Source: Tricharina praecox
Taxonomy: Eukaryota
Assembly: GCF_024521635.1 (NCBI RefSeq)
Contig: NW_026250422.1
Coordinates: forward strand, 1 to 64,000
Direction: 5' to 3'
DNA: 64,000 nucleotides
How positions within the stretch are numbered: position 1 is the first letter of the stretch; every line of letters begins with the position of its first letter. Positions 45,911 to 59,061 of this stretch are shown here, one piece after another. A model generated the notes under the pieces. It ran no database searches and was not told the DNA's origin. It was given only the letters and a program-made list of their open reading frames with translations. A program made the position numbers and the translations under genes.

Positions 45911-48821
45911 ACCCCCCTTCTCTCTCCCTCGGCGGCTGTTTTATACACCGATTGGGTCTCATCTATAGTAGGATAGTCCACTAATTCCTGCAGGGGGAAG
46001 AGATGTTTACTCCGTCAGAGTGGCCCTCTCTGTAGTCCTGTGCAATCCGTGGAAAGATCTGATCAGAGTCCGGACGGCGCGAGCGGTATCGCCGCTCGGT
46101 GAGATTCAATAGCCCCCGCGAGGCCATTACTAGACCTTCCCTCACCATCTGCTATTGGATCTCGCCAGGAATCTCGCTAGCCTCAGATACCTATTGAAGC
46201 TTATCCTCAAGCCTGGGGGACCAACACGCCTACACCCCCCACGCCCACCCACTTCTCTTCTCTTCTTCTCTTCATCATACACACCACACGTTAAAACGAC
46301 TCTCAACGCCAACTTCAACGCTAAATTTGAGTATCGAACTATTTCCCGAGTCCACCTATAATCTCAAGTAAGTAGGTAGGTAGGTAGATCCGTCTTATCA
46401 CACAAACTCACTCGCCAATAACGAATGATAACTCGAATACCTACTAGAGATGTCCGGAGATAAATATAACCTTCGCAAGCGCGTAGCGGACCTCCAAGCA
46501 TCGGAGCCAACTTAAGGGGTTTGCAATTGGCCCGACGTGCATGCGTGCTGAACGAAGTCGAGTGAGTTTTCGAGCATCGAGCTTACTTCACTTGTGAGGG
46601 ATGCATGTAATTTATATTGCTCGTTCTCTTTCGAACTACACACTCTACATACATATTTATCCTTATGTAGTAGGGGCAGTTTTACGTCTCGGGCATCAGG
46701 CGGCGGTGGTTGCTGGCAGATCGGAGTTCGACCGTGCCCGCTACCCACCAGCAAATGCATTCAATCGGAAATCGCAGACTTTCCCTTCCCAAGTTCCCAC
46801 TCACGCCCGCAATCGCAATCGCATGCGAGAATGAGCTACGGGCCACGATCGAAAAAATCATTATGACACATTGACCCCAACCGTCAAAGCGACGCCGACA
46901 AATGAAATATGAAATGTGGTCACAAACAGACGTTGCATTACCTAAGTATTGCATGAGGTAGATATATGTATAGATTGGATTTACATAGAATTTGGGTTTT
47001 GGGCGTCATGCCGTCATGCCGGCTGGCTGGCTGGCTGGCTGCCGGAAGTGTAAAGACTAATTTTCTACAGACTGGTCACTGTCGGCCCGGACGTAAGGAG
47101 ATGCATTGCTGGCTGCAGTGGCTGGTGGCTGATGCCTTGCGGGGTTTATGCAGTTTATTAGAGCTACCGGCGTCCGCAGCCTCACGTGTTATGCACCTAA
47201 ATACATACACAACGTTAAGAAAAGAACCCATCCTCTGATTCCGTCTAATGCACAATCGCAATCGTGGTGCGTGTAAGACAAGACGAGGCGGTCCGGCGGA
47301 CGCTCTCATTTCCGCCGAATCCCGATGACCGTACGTATCGGCTCCACGGGTCAAAATAACTTTTTACATCAAGACCCAACTTCGAAGAGGTGTCAACACA
47401 AGGTACCAAGAATAGGTACCCAAGTTCCAACTGCCTGTTTAAACTTTACCGATGCTGACCACACACACACAGAATTCAGGCCCGCTTGCGGTTGAGATAA
47501 CGTTTGAGGGCGTAGTCGGGGGATTCTTCCGTGGGTGCTATTTCCCAGCCTCCAGGTAATTATTTAGCCTGCAGCCGCCGTCCGGGCTTTTGCACTTTGC
47601 ACTTTGCTTTACGCTTTCAAGAGGGCGGCCTTGTTTCAATGGCGACCTTGTTTCCATGGCAACCCTAACTATCATAGGAGCGGGCTTGTGATATAAATCC
47701 ATCAACCCATCAATCCGCAGCGGCGGATGGTAACTACTACTACTACTAGTAGTACATCTCCGCCAGCAACCGTTGCAGAACGCAAAGCTCGCCAACTCAT
47801 CGGGACAGTTTCGGATATCCCGGAATAAGTAAGGCAACCGCTCGGGGAGAATTTCAGGCAGCCGCTGAACGCTTAGACGTTTTAAGCTTTCCGCCTCCCA
47901 AGCTCCCAGAGTTACATAAGAGTCGATTAGACCACCAGGCGCCCAAGCTACCTACCAGCTTAGTTATGTATATACTCGCTGGAGCGGCGAGACGACGACA
48001 AGGACGACACATGCTGCCCCGCGCAGACCAAGCAGGGACTCCGTTCGGTATTACTATACCGGTACTATAGGTACTATAATATTACCTATACTACCTATAC
48101 ATACCAGTGACGGCGCAGTCTCGGTCGGAGCGTCGGTCGGTCAATCGGATGGTTGCGATGGAGCCGCAAATCTATCATCTCGTAGGGGAGTGGTCCAGTG
48201 GGGACTCGTTCGGCGACCGGTAGGTGTTTCATGCATGCCCGGATCAGTCTTCAGGGCGTGTACGGTGTGGCCTCGATATGTAGGCAGTCGCGGCTGCGGA
48301 CTTGCGGTTGTGGCACCTCTTCTACATAGGTAGAGTACCGGTACCGAAGTTCGAACTGCCGGTGTATGTGAGATTCCCCCCAGCGAGCAGAGACTAGTCA
48401 ACCTCGACCGCCCCACGGGCACGGACTCGGACTCGATGCCGTCCATCATCCATCGCCAACTTTGATGCGGCACTTCCGAGTCCTCCTGAGTAGGTTGTAG
48501 GCAGCTTTCGCGGTGCCTGATTATCGGTGGCCGAATGACGTACGAGCCACAGACCGCGTCAACGTTTTCCGTAGGGACCATCAGCCTCGAGTGACTTCGC
48601 ATGCGAGTGCTCACTACTTACTCAGTCACCACCGGACATATTTCAAATCACGAATCAAGAGGATCTGGTTCGACACATCTAACTAATATCCATCCTTCTC
48701 CAGTAGTTAGCTAAAAGAAAGTCCAAGCCGGCGTGAAAAGTTCCTGCATCTATCTGCCGTCATCAATCGCGGATTCGCAGATTCGCAGATTCGTAAGGCT
48801 GAAGAGCTTTGAGCGAGACCG

Positions 48822-48953
48822 AGCTGGGGGAGAAACAACTCAATCAAAGGCGGGTCCGCAGCATACAGATTCGAAACCGTTACCGAGCTGGGAAACAGCT
48901 CAATCGACGGCGGGTCCGCAGCATGATGCGTCCAGATTCGAAACTGTCACCGA
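48822..48953. repeat. Tandem duplication of approx. 63 bp
   Basis: GAGCTGGG..AAACAxCTCAATC..GGCGGGTCCGCAGCAT..CAGATTCGAAAC occurs twice. Confidence 0.8.
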
Positions 48954-49718
48954 ATAGAATAACTAGAATAGGTAACTAAATTTTTGGCGACGGGCGTATG
49001 TAGGGCTGGAGCCTGGCAGTGGCCGTTGCCCAAAAATAGGCCCCCTTCTGTCTTTTTGGTGGATTGTGTATGTATAGTAGTACCAGGTATGTAGTAGTTG
49101 TACTGAGTAAAGTAAACCGCGCCACCCCCGCAGCCAGGCGTTGGGGCTATTCGCCTGCAGGGACTTAAGGCGAGAAAGGCGCACTCAGCCACGCTGCTCC
49201 GAGACCAGGATTACATACGCGCCGATGCTGTCGCCTAGAAGTTGCAATTGATCTCCGAGTCAGCCCGCAGTATTGGTAAGCTCTGGGTAGCTCCAGCTCG
49301 GGGAGGTGGAGGATTTCGCTTCGCTCCAATCTTTCAACAAGCCTTTCTCTCCGGTCGCCGCCCCCATTCATCGGCTAGAGTAAGTGCATGCCAGCACAGG
49401 TATGTAGATACCTTGGTACCTGGCGCACGAAAGCATTAAATTATCAACACGGTACATAACTGCGGCCTTGGAGAATTCAAACTGGACTGAACTGTGCGAT
49501 CGAGAAGGTGAGCGGAGTGCAACTTCGGGTTCGGGTTCGCCACAGCTGGTGCTCCACAGCAAATAAGCGGAACTACTTACCTACATCGTAGATACTTGGT
49601 TGGGACTCGGGAGGGGGGGCATGATTACCACCAACTGGCATCCCTAGGCAGCGATAATATGTATATAGATACATATGTAGAGTTACTTTACGTGCTAATA
49701 CTGCCCAGTGCTGATAGT

Positions 49719-49790
49719 TACTGCTAATAGTAAATACTGCTAATAGTAAATACTGCTAATAGTAAATACTGCTAATAGTAAATACTGCTA
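49719..49790. repeat. Perfect 16-bp minisatellite (TACTGCTAATAGTAAA) x4.5
   Basis: Read directly. Confidence 0.95.
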
Positions 49791-52591
49791 GTACTAGTTA
49801 TACCCACATTAGGTACCTCTGTACTTAATGCAACTCGCGGTCGAAATTCAGGCCTTCCACCGTTCCACGGGTGGATATGCTGACGCCGTCCAGACCACGC
49901 CCTGCGCCACCCTCCAGGCAGATAGGTAACTTGGGTACATACCGGTACATAGGATACCGAACGAAAAAAGGGAAAAAGGGAAGATGGACGAAGCACGCGC
50001 ATGGAGCAACACCTCCCGAGTTAAATGTTTACTCTATCATGTACACAGTTGCCTACTCTGGCCTCTGAAGTGAGAGTCAGTCCGAGATCGACAGCAAGGC
50101 AAGTAAGACTTTCTCAAGGATAGTATTAATCCTCAATTGAATCCCCTCTATTAATCCTGCAGACCGAACGAAAGCGGGGCGTGTCGGTCTGTTTAGTGAT
50201 AATCGTTCGCTGTCAAAATGAACCCATTAAGCCTGCCGCCCGCCGCGGTTTGGCCCTAACGATGTGCGGAGCGCAAGGGCGGGCTGCTGCTGGTGCTGAT
50301 GGTTGTCGTGCCCCTCCTTACCCCACTTGGTCCCGAAATCACAAAATCACAATCGTAGCATACATATCCGTATCCGCACCGCTCTCTTTCTCTTTCTCTG
50401 TCTCTCTCGGAGGTGGAGGTGGTGGGCTCGTTAACTAGCTGGTTGGCTGGCCGGTCGATCGATACGGTCGATGGCTGAGAAGCAGAAGCAGCAGCAGAAG
50501 CACGAGCAGAAGCGCATTCAACTTCAGCTGAAGGGCAATCATTTGCTCGATTCGCATCGCGTACAAACGAGCCAATAATGCGGTTGGGAAAAAAAATTCT
50601 GCACTCTGCGGGCAAGTGTCAGCTGGCGCACACGTAGAAGGAGCTGCTTGCAGCTTCTACAGCACTTTCGCCAGAGCCTCGAGGGAAGGAAGTGATAATT
50701 CACAAGAAAAGAAGCAGTGCCGACCAGTATGCGTGCCACGATCCTCCACCACGGAAGTGCATCAGCCCCGCTGATCTCGAGTATGTAATTATGGCTTTTT
50801 GTTTGTCGAGAGAGGCGGGTTTGGTTCACCGTTCACCTGGGATGGATGGAGGGGAAGGGAAGGGAAGCGGGGATGGCCACTGCCCACTGCCACGCTTATG
50901 CCACACTAACTATAGTATCCGGTAGTACGGTGGAGGCGGTGGACTGAGACTGAGACCAGCTACATACTCTGAATACTACACATACCTGCGAGTCCAAAGT
51001 CCAATCAGCTCTCCGCCGGCTCTGCATGCGTGCGTGCGGCTGTGTGTATGTAGGGCCCTAATTACCAACCTTATCTGGACGCGGTGCACATCATTGGCTG
51101 GCAGCTGGCGGGCTCGGCTACTGGATCGCATGTGGCTCGTGGGGAACTCGAGCGGCACTGCAGGCCAAGTCATTGTCAACGATAGGTACCGGAATGGCAG
51201 GTATATTCGCTATTCGGTCAAAGGTGCGGGATTCCCGACGAAAGTATGATACATACCTGCACGATCCGCCTTTCGAACGGCTCTACGGCACCGCACCGCC
51301 CCTCACCGGGAATGCGACTCCTTCAGGTTCAGGATCCTCCGTTGCCCAACCCGGTGCGGAAGTTTCAAGCACCATACCTATGGCGGGCAGGTAGTATGTT
51401 TCTACCATGATGGCATGAACGGACTGTACAGTGTACAGTGTAGTTAGTACTGTATTGATAATTGTACAGTACCAGCCTGTCTACCAGGTAGGGACCGTTC
51501 TATTTTCACCGGTCAAGGCAGTGAGGCGGTGACCACTTACGACTCGGGAGTCACCACCGCCGCACCGCCCGACGGCAGAGCAGTGGCTACTATCTGATCT
51601 CACCTTATTGGCGATCAAGTGGAGCATGTTCTGTAGGTGCTTGGACTTTAGCTAGCTACTCTATTTGTGCATGAGCGGGGTGAGTGCATGTACGGTGCTT
51701 ACATACCATGATGTGGTTCTTGCAGATTTTGTGTTGCACTCCAAGGTTCAATTTGCTGATTCTTCAGCCCTACCTAGGGACTGCCTTAGTTGGTTGTTCT
51801 AGTGCCAAAACTCTAGGTGCACCACTCCAACCTTTGGAGTCGGGGAGGGGGAGGGAGTTCCCTCCCCCAAACCCACCTGTTCCAGCAAAGATCAGCATCT
51901 CCGAGCACTGCAAAAAACCATCAGACCCAGAATCGAATGGCAGATCCTACCTATTGCTCTATGGAGCTGTCGATGAGCGAGCGCTGATCCAACAGCTGTG
52001 CGTGATGAATCGACGACGAAGGAATGGCCATTGGATATAGACGAAGTGGAACGGCTTGCACGGCATGGAGGATGATTGCGCTGCCAGTCCAGCTGCTATT
52101 TGCAGTCAGAGTCAGTGAGTGCTACCCCGCGTCCGCCGGTCCAGAACTCTGCGGGCGGGACGAAGGTGGCTTGTACCTACTTACTTGCTCGATCCTATCT
52201 CTGTAGAGTAAGGACGCTGCCGGGGTGGTGGTGGTGGTGGTGGTAGTGGTGGTGAACGGGGCACAGGCATTAGTTAATTCGGCAGGGCAAAAGCTTCTTA
52301 CTCTACTGGCGACGGCGGCCTATTGGTGAGTGGCCGACAACCCAGCCCATGCATGACAATGCATGCAGACACAGTCGAGCAGAATAGAGTCGACAAGGCA
52401 ATCGCAGGGGTGCTGCGGCAGTGGTGGGAACACAGCACACGTCCTACCAATCTTCACAATAGTTACCACCCCGAAAAACAAAAATATTTCCATATAATAC
52501 CTCCTCCTCCACACTTCCATGGAGGCGTCCAGCAGATAGCAACACTCTCCCCCATCCAGTGCTTCCAACTCACATACCTCATACCTGAGCA

Positions 52592-55035
52592 ATGACTTCA
52601 GCGTACACTACAGCTGAGCAGTGAGTCCACTACTCCGCATTGATCCCGGCCCCGCACTGGTCCTCCCGAGTTCGGCGTCGACCATTGCGTTCGCAAGTCT
52701 ACCATACTGACCGCATCTCGTTCTCGCGCATAGGCAACGGCTCAGCCAGCGGAAAGCCCAGCTGCTTCCGTGGATCGCAGATCCCCTCACGCATTTCTTC
52801 AACCACGGCAAACACGGCCATGCCCAAGTACACGGTGCGAGCGGCCATCAGGCGCTCCCTCAAGGCGACGAGAAGGAGAGGATCCTGAGCAGCGATGCTT
52901 CCATCATCACCACCGACTCGACGAAACGCAACCGCGACATCCAGGAGAAGATTGATGCTGAGGAAGCCTCTTCCGGCGAACTGTTCTACGATCTGTTCTT
53001 CGTCGCCAATCTCACCACCGTGACGGCAGTACACTACGTGGTCGATAACCAGAGTACGCACTTCTCCCCCGCGTGCACCCCACCGTCCAACGCACCGCCG
53101 CCAAATGCGGTTTGGAATTTGCGCCGACTAACGAAACCTCGAAATATCTAGGCTTGGGCTCGTACGTCCTCTTCTTCATCATCCTGTGGTTCACATGGCT
53201 GCAGACCACGCTCTACGATATCCGCTTCTCGGTCGACTCGGTCTACGAGCGCACCATAAAACTGGTTCATTTCGGCGTCATGATCGGTTTCGCAGCCACC
53301 ACGCTCGCATGGAATCCATTGGATCCGACCCTGACCACGCACATGATGAATCTCAAATCCATGTGCGTCACACTGATGGCTTCGCGGTGGGCGCTCGGCG
53401 TTCAGTACGGCGTGACGGCGTACTACTCGAAACGGTACCGCAAGGGAACGACGCCATTGATAATTCATTCGGTCGTCATGATCCTCTGTGGATTCGGATA
53501 TCTCGGAGTAAGTGCACCCCGCGCGGGCTTGAAGCGAAGGCGGCATGATGCTTACGGTGTTCATCGCAGCTCTGGTTCAGCTTCAACACTTACTCGAGGA
53601 TGAGTTGGGTCGCTTGGTACCCCATCATCTTCATCGAGCTGGTGACTGTTTGCGGAGTTTCGACCGTCTGGAAGGATATCGGCTTCAAGCGCACGCATCT
53701 GATCGAGCGCTTGAGCCTGCTCACGTTGATCGTCATGGGTGAAGGTATTATCGTCATGCTGAAGGCGGTCAACGCTGTCGAGAAGGGTGCCACATCCGGT
53801 GCCGGCTGGAGTGTCAGCACTTTCTGCATCGTTGGAGCGTCCATCGGTATAGTTGTCAGTAGCCCCTTGCATCCACGCGGATTCTACCCCTTCGCCACCC
53901 AGCGTTACTAACTTTTAAACCAGTACTTCTTCTACATGTTCTACTTCGACTACACGCCGCAGCACGTGCATTACGGTTCCATTCGCCAACAGATCTGGAC
54001 CTGTCTCCACTTCCCGTTCCACCTCTCCCTCGTGCTTGCCGTCGAGGGTCTGCGTCAGATGACAACTTACTGGGCGTTCATCGAGAGCCGAAGAGCGCTG
54101 TCGACCACGTGGGAAGCTGCCCTGGTCAACGCCTCCGATCCCAATGCCGGCATGCTTCGCAGCCTAGGCTTGATGCGTACCTTCACCGAGTACCTTTACA
54201 ACGACAGCACTGCCATTGAGCTCGTCAAGAATTACGCCTTCATCAACAGAGTCTTCGTCAACCTCACCAGCGTTCACATCGACCAATGGGGCCCGCAGCA
54301 GAGGAACGAGACCCTGTGGCTGGATCATTACATTTCGCGAGCTCACGCTCAGTTCTACGGCATGAAGATTCCCTACTCCAAGCCGAACGCGACACTCTTC
54401 GACCTCTTGGGTCCCTCGATGCAGTCCGAGTTCCCGGTTCAAAAGTCGGTAACCCCCCTACTCACGAAATCCGACATATTGCTAACTGCTTCGTGAAGAC
54501 TCTACGCTAGCGTATTCCAGTACTTCTATGGCGCCCTCGCCGTAGTCTTCTTCATGTACGGCATCATGGGACTCTTCGTCCGCCGCAGCAAGGACATGTG
54601 GGACTACTTCTCGGTCGGTCTCCGATTCGCGATCGGTGTAACCTTCATCTGCGTGGAGCGCATCCGGATCAACCAAGCGCTGTACGACTCGTTCATCAAC
54701 AGCGCCTGGCCGATCCCGACCGTTTCCCTGCTACTCCTCGCCGGTAAGCGATCTTCCACTCATCCCTGACATTGCGGTTTCTCGATGCTGATTTGTATGC
54801 CACAGTCCTGTTCATCGACAAGACAGTCGGTCTCTACGCCTACCGCCGCATGAAGGCCTCGATGAACCGTGTCAACCGTGAAATCGGCCTGGAACCGGAG
54901 AGGACCGCGCTCAAGCACGCGCAGTACTCGCCGCCACACCCCCATCCCCAGCCCCACCCGCAACCTTCGCCGCTGCTCCAGCAGTCGACCGAGTACTCGC
55001 CACACGTGTCGCCATCGCCGCCGCCGCACCATTGA
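52592..55035 (+). CDS. LtrA-like (low-temperature requirement A) polytopic membrane protein
   Basis: Micro-exon MTSAYTTAEQ, intron 52621-52733, then LPWIADP, EASSGELFYDLFFVAN, LWFTWLQTTLYDIRFSVDS, THLIERLSLLTLIVMGEGII and QQIWTCLHFPFHL; about 7 exons. Confidence 0.85.
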
Positions 55036-55705
55036 TGGAGACGTTGATGGAGAAGTAGGCGAGCGAGGGTGAAGTTTGCAGGATGTTTTTTCTTATTTCC
55101 CTCTGTTTTGGACCCGGGTTGGCCTTTGTTTCTCATTAGAACATGTTGCGTTTTCTGTTTTCTTTTTTTTTGGGGGGGGGGGGGGCTAGTCTTGTGTTTT
55201 GTATCTGGTTTTGTATCTACATCTTTTGTGTGCGCATGGGGTTCTGCGGTTTGCAATATCAAGTTTCTTCCAGGCTTTCGATGAGTTCGGTTGTAGCTGA
55301 GCAATTTCCAACCGTGATGACGTCCGCGTGTCTTTCGTTGCACGGAAACTTCCTACATACGAGGTATGTACAAGTACAAACGAAAACCCTCGCACTCGCG
55401 AACTCGAGCCCGCGGATGCAGCCGGGAGCGCTCCCGTAGGATGATGACTGAATGAGCCGGAACGATACCGGGGCGCCGGGGCGCCGGGGGCGAGTCTGAC
55501 AATCGTCACGATGCGCCGCCCTGCGTCGGTGACCGAGCCTCTCATCCGGTACAAATTGCGCTATTCTACGAATCTGCTACTCGGTATCGGAACAAAGTTC
55601 TTCAGAGGTCGGCCTCCATACTACCTAGGCTTGGGTTTAGGACATCGGCTTTGAAGGGAGGATATCATGGGCCGGGGTTGTAACTTGTGGCATCGGGTGT
55701 CATAT

Positions 55706-56322
55706 TGCGTGAGTTTGTGTGAGAAGTAGATTGTATGAGAAGCAGATTATGTGAGAAGCAGATTATGTGAGACCGAGGATTGCGTGAGATGCCGTTTCGA
55801 CGACGCGGGAAAGGTACGGCTATCATGGCTGATCACTCGGCTACGGCTTGTTTTTTTTTCTTTCGGATTTTCTCTCTCTCTGGATATCCGGGACATTGTG
55901 TTATCGTAGTCTACTAGTCTAGGTGGGATAGTAGAGTAGATAGGCCGTATGTAGCACTATGTTGATGTGATTGGGAGAGAGAGAGACTCTTTGTCGGAAA
56001 GATAAAGTTGAAAGCACTCAGGCATGCGCACACATACCTGTCTACCCACAGCATGAGTGGATGAATCCGCTCAAGCCACGACACGAAACTTCCCGTGCGG
56101 GAATTAACGACCTGCAGGGGGGCGCAATCGGCGAGCATCGGTGAGCATCGCATACGGCGCTGGAGGAGACCGGACTTGCCTGGAAAGAAGGCGTAAGGGC
56201 TCGCTGCGTTACAGTAGTATCGTATTACACCGAAGTTCAGTAGAATCCGGCTTCTGCGTAAAACCGGTCGGTAGGCGGGTACCAACTGTAGTCAAAGACG
56301 GTATTTCTGTAGCCCAAAGTGT
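55706..56322 (-). repeat. Dispersed repeat, copy 2 (inverted relative to 45424-45910), with approx. 154 bp extra internal sequence
   Basis: Reverse complement begins ACACTTTGGGCTACAGAAATACCGTCTTTGACTACAGTTGGTACCCGCCTACCGACCGG; extra segment approx. 56034-56187. Confidence 0.9.
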
Positions 56323-57605
56323 CTAAATATCTGGATCGATCACGACGATATCGTGTTTCTTTTGTGGCCGCTGTGAGATCGGTTTGGAGATAGCTGACGG
56401 GACGAGTGAGATATCGTGGCGTCACCACCTATGGTAGAGTAGAGTATTCAGCGCCGAGCAAGGCTTCCTGCCAAATATCTAACCGAACTTCGCAGTGAGT
56501 TGAACAAGCTCGCATCGAGTATGCGCCCCTTGTGAATGACAATGTTTGTTAGTACATATGCAGAACGAGAGTACTCGTGCGTACATTTGTGCTATTCGAC
56601 GCCCCGGCACCGGCGAGTCCTCCGGTACTCTAGATGAGGTGATATGATGATCACAAAAAGACTAATAACGTCGATACCTCATGAGTAAAACGAAAAACTA
56701 TGGTACCGGGATTCCCGCAGGTCACCCACTGCCTGCATTACTAACCTGACGATACCTTGCTTAACTGCTCTACTATAGTCTATAGGGCCGAACGGACGGG
56801 AAGCCGTGTGTTCAATGAATCAATGTTCTATGACTGCAGCTATTTGGTAAGGTTTTTGGAAATACCAATGTAGAGGAACACTAAAGCGGCCTCATTCCAT
56901 TATAATATCATACTCCACCACCTCAACATGATCGCATCGGTTTCTAAGGTTCTCGCATGACCACCCGAACACTCTCCGGAGTAAACCGAGTGATCTTGTG
57001 ACGCGTGTAATCCTACGGCGGTCTGACGTGCTTTTTCGGCTTTTTCGGCCCATTGTGGCATCCGCGGCGGCTCGCCACAGCCAGCCGGACGAGTGCCCAC
57101 TGCCCCCCCCCCACACACAGAGCGCAAGCAACGCGGTGACCGGCAGCTGTCTTTGACGCGTCATCTGCTGCATTACATACTATGGTATTTCAGCTCCAGC
57201 CAAATCCCCTCCTCTTATCTTTTCTATCCCATGCAAGCGGTGCACGTTTCCAGGAAACTTTTTCATGTGCAGGAGCCTGAGTGCTGAAGAAAAAAGCATG
57301 CAGGCAGGCCGCAGGCCCGCAGCAGGACCCCGGACCGCCGCGCGCCGCACGCTGTGCAAAAGTTTTTTTTTACCCCATGTCAAATAAGTGGGAATAACCC
57401 CACTAGTTGGTGAACGAGAGCGGGCGAGGACGGTAGGTACACTACTATACGCGGCACATGTCGTCGAGACGAGGAACGGGGGGCCGACTTGTATCCTCGG
57501 TGGGGGTGAGGAGAGGCCCGAGACGCGATCTTGAGCTCGCTCGAGCCGGATTGATTCGCACACGATAGGTAGCAGTACGTACCGCAAGCAATCAAGACTA
57601 GAACG

Positions 57606-58971
57606 ATGTCCTCCCCGTCGTCCTTAGACCGGTCCATGAGCGCGGCGCTTCTCCGCCGCCAGCAAATCTCCAGCTTCCGGTCACTCACGCTCGCGCCCCA
57701 GGGGAGCATCGACTTCTCCAGCAACGACTTCCTGTCGCTCTCCGCGTCCGCCTCGTTCCGCGCCTCATTCCAGCGCGAGCTGTCACGCATCGCGCACGCC
57801 CCGCTCGGCAGCGGCGGCTCCCGCCTGCTCGACGGGAACTCCGTCTACGCTGAGGACCTCGAGGTCGATATCGCGGGATTCCTCCAAGGAAAGGCCGGAT
57901 TGCTGTTCAATTCCGGCTTCGACGCAAATTCGGGGTTCTTCGCTTGTGTTCCCCAGCCCGGGGACGTCGTCGTCTACGATGAGCTGATCCATGCCAGCGT
58001 GCATGAGGGCATGCGTTTATCGAGGGCCGGGAGGACGCTGCCGTTCGCTCATAACGATGTGGGGGCGTTGGAAGCTGTGCTGAGGGAGCTGGTGGACGGG
58101 GACCAGCTGGTAAGGGACGGGAAGAGGAATGTGTTTGTGGCTGTCGAGACGCTGTATTCCATGGACGGTGACCTGGCGCCGCTGCAGGGGATTGTGGACA
58201 CGATCGAGAGGGTGTTCGGTGGAGGGAACGGGTACTTGATTGTCGACGAGGCGCATTCCACGGGGGTGTACGGGGACATGGGGAGGGGGCTCGTGTGCGA
58301 ACTGGGTTTGGAGGAGAAAGTGTTTGCACGGCTACACACGTTTGGGAAAGCATTGGCCTGCAACGGAGGTGAGAACACTCGGACTCGAGCTCGAAGCTGT
58401 CGCTCACATGCCGATAGCGATCATCCTCTGCTCGCCGCTCGTACGGCAATATCTGATCAACTACGCTCGGACATTGATCTTCACCACATCTTTATCGCTG
58501 CCCGCACTTGCCGCCGTGCGGGCAGCTTTCACTCTTCTCTGGAACGGTGACACACGCGATGTCAGTACCGTTTCGACCTCTGTCCCTCGTCCCATGGTCT
58601 AGTACTAACCAGGACATTCTCTGTAGGCCCAGGATCGTCTTCACAGCTCGATCAAACACCTCCACAACCAATTATCGCGCCTCACGAGCACCGCAAACTG
58701 CGTTCTACAAAACTCCGACCAGAACAACACCCCGATCGTCTCGGTATTGACACCGAAGCCGAGGCTGTTGGCAAAGTATCTACAGGATAGATTGTATCTA
58801 GTCAGACCGATCGTGTACCCTACTGTACCGAGAGGAAAGGAGAGAGTGCGCATCTGCGTGCATTCGGCGAATACCCACGAGGAGGTTGATGGATTAGTGG
58901 CACGGATAGGGGAATGGGTGGAGCAAGAAGAGAAGGCGGCGGCGGTAACGGATATGAAGGCAAATCTATGA
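57606..58971 (+). CDS. bioF: 8-amino-7-oxononanoate (KAPA) synthase
   Basis: DFSSNDFLSL, GSGGSRLLDGN, LLFNSGFDAN, DELIHASVHEG, ETLYSMDGD, VDEAHSTG, HTFGKA (PLP Lys), INYARTLIFTT, PTVPRGKERVRIC; two introns; ends KANL. Confidence 0.95.
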
Positions 58972-59061
58972 GACACTGCAGTATGCACTTTTCTGGCTGT
59001 CATTCTTGAAGATACATTGGAACAAAACGCGGCTTTTATTTTATCCCCTCCAACCGAGTCC

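Noticed and set aside
47245..47837. Possible Hsp70-like relic (VKSYFDP..GFGGNES)
   Set aside because: Similarity too weak and fragmented to support without a search
28724..57500. Starship-type giant element inserted at the tRNA
   Set aside because: No DUF3435 tyrosine-recombinase captain seen, the tRNA is intact, and I found no duplicated tRNA fragment at the far end
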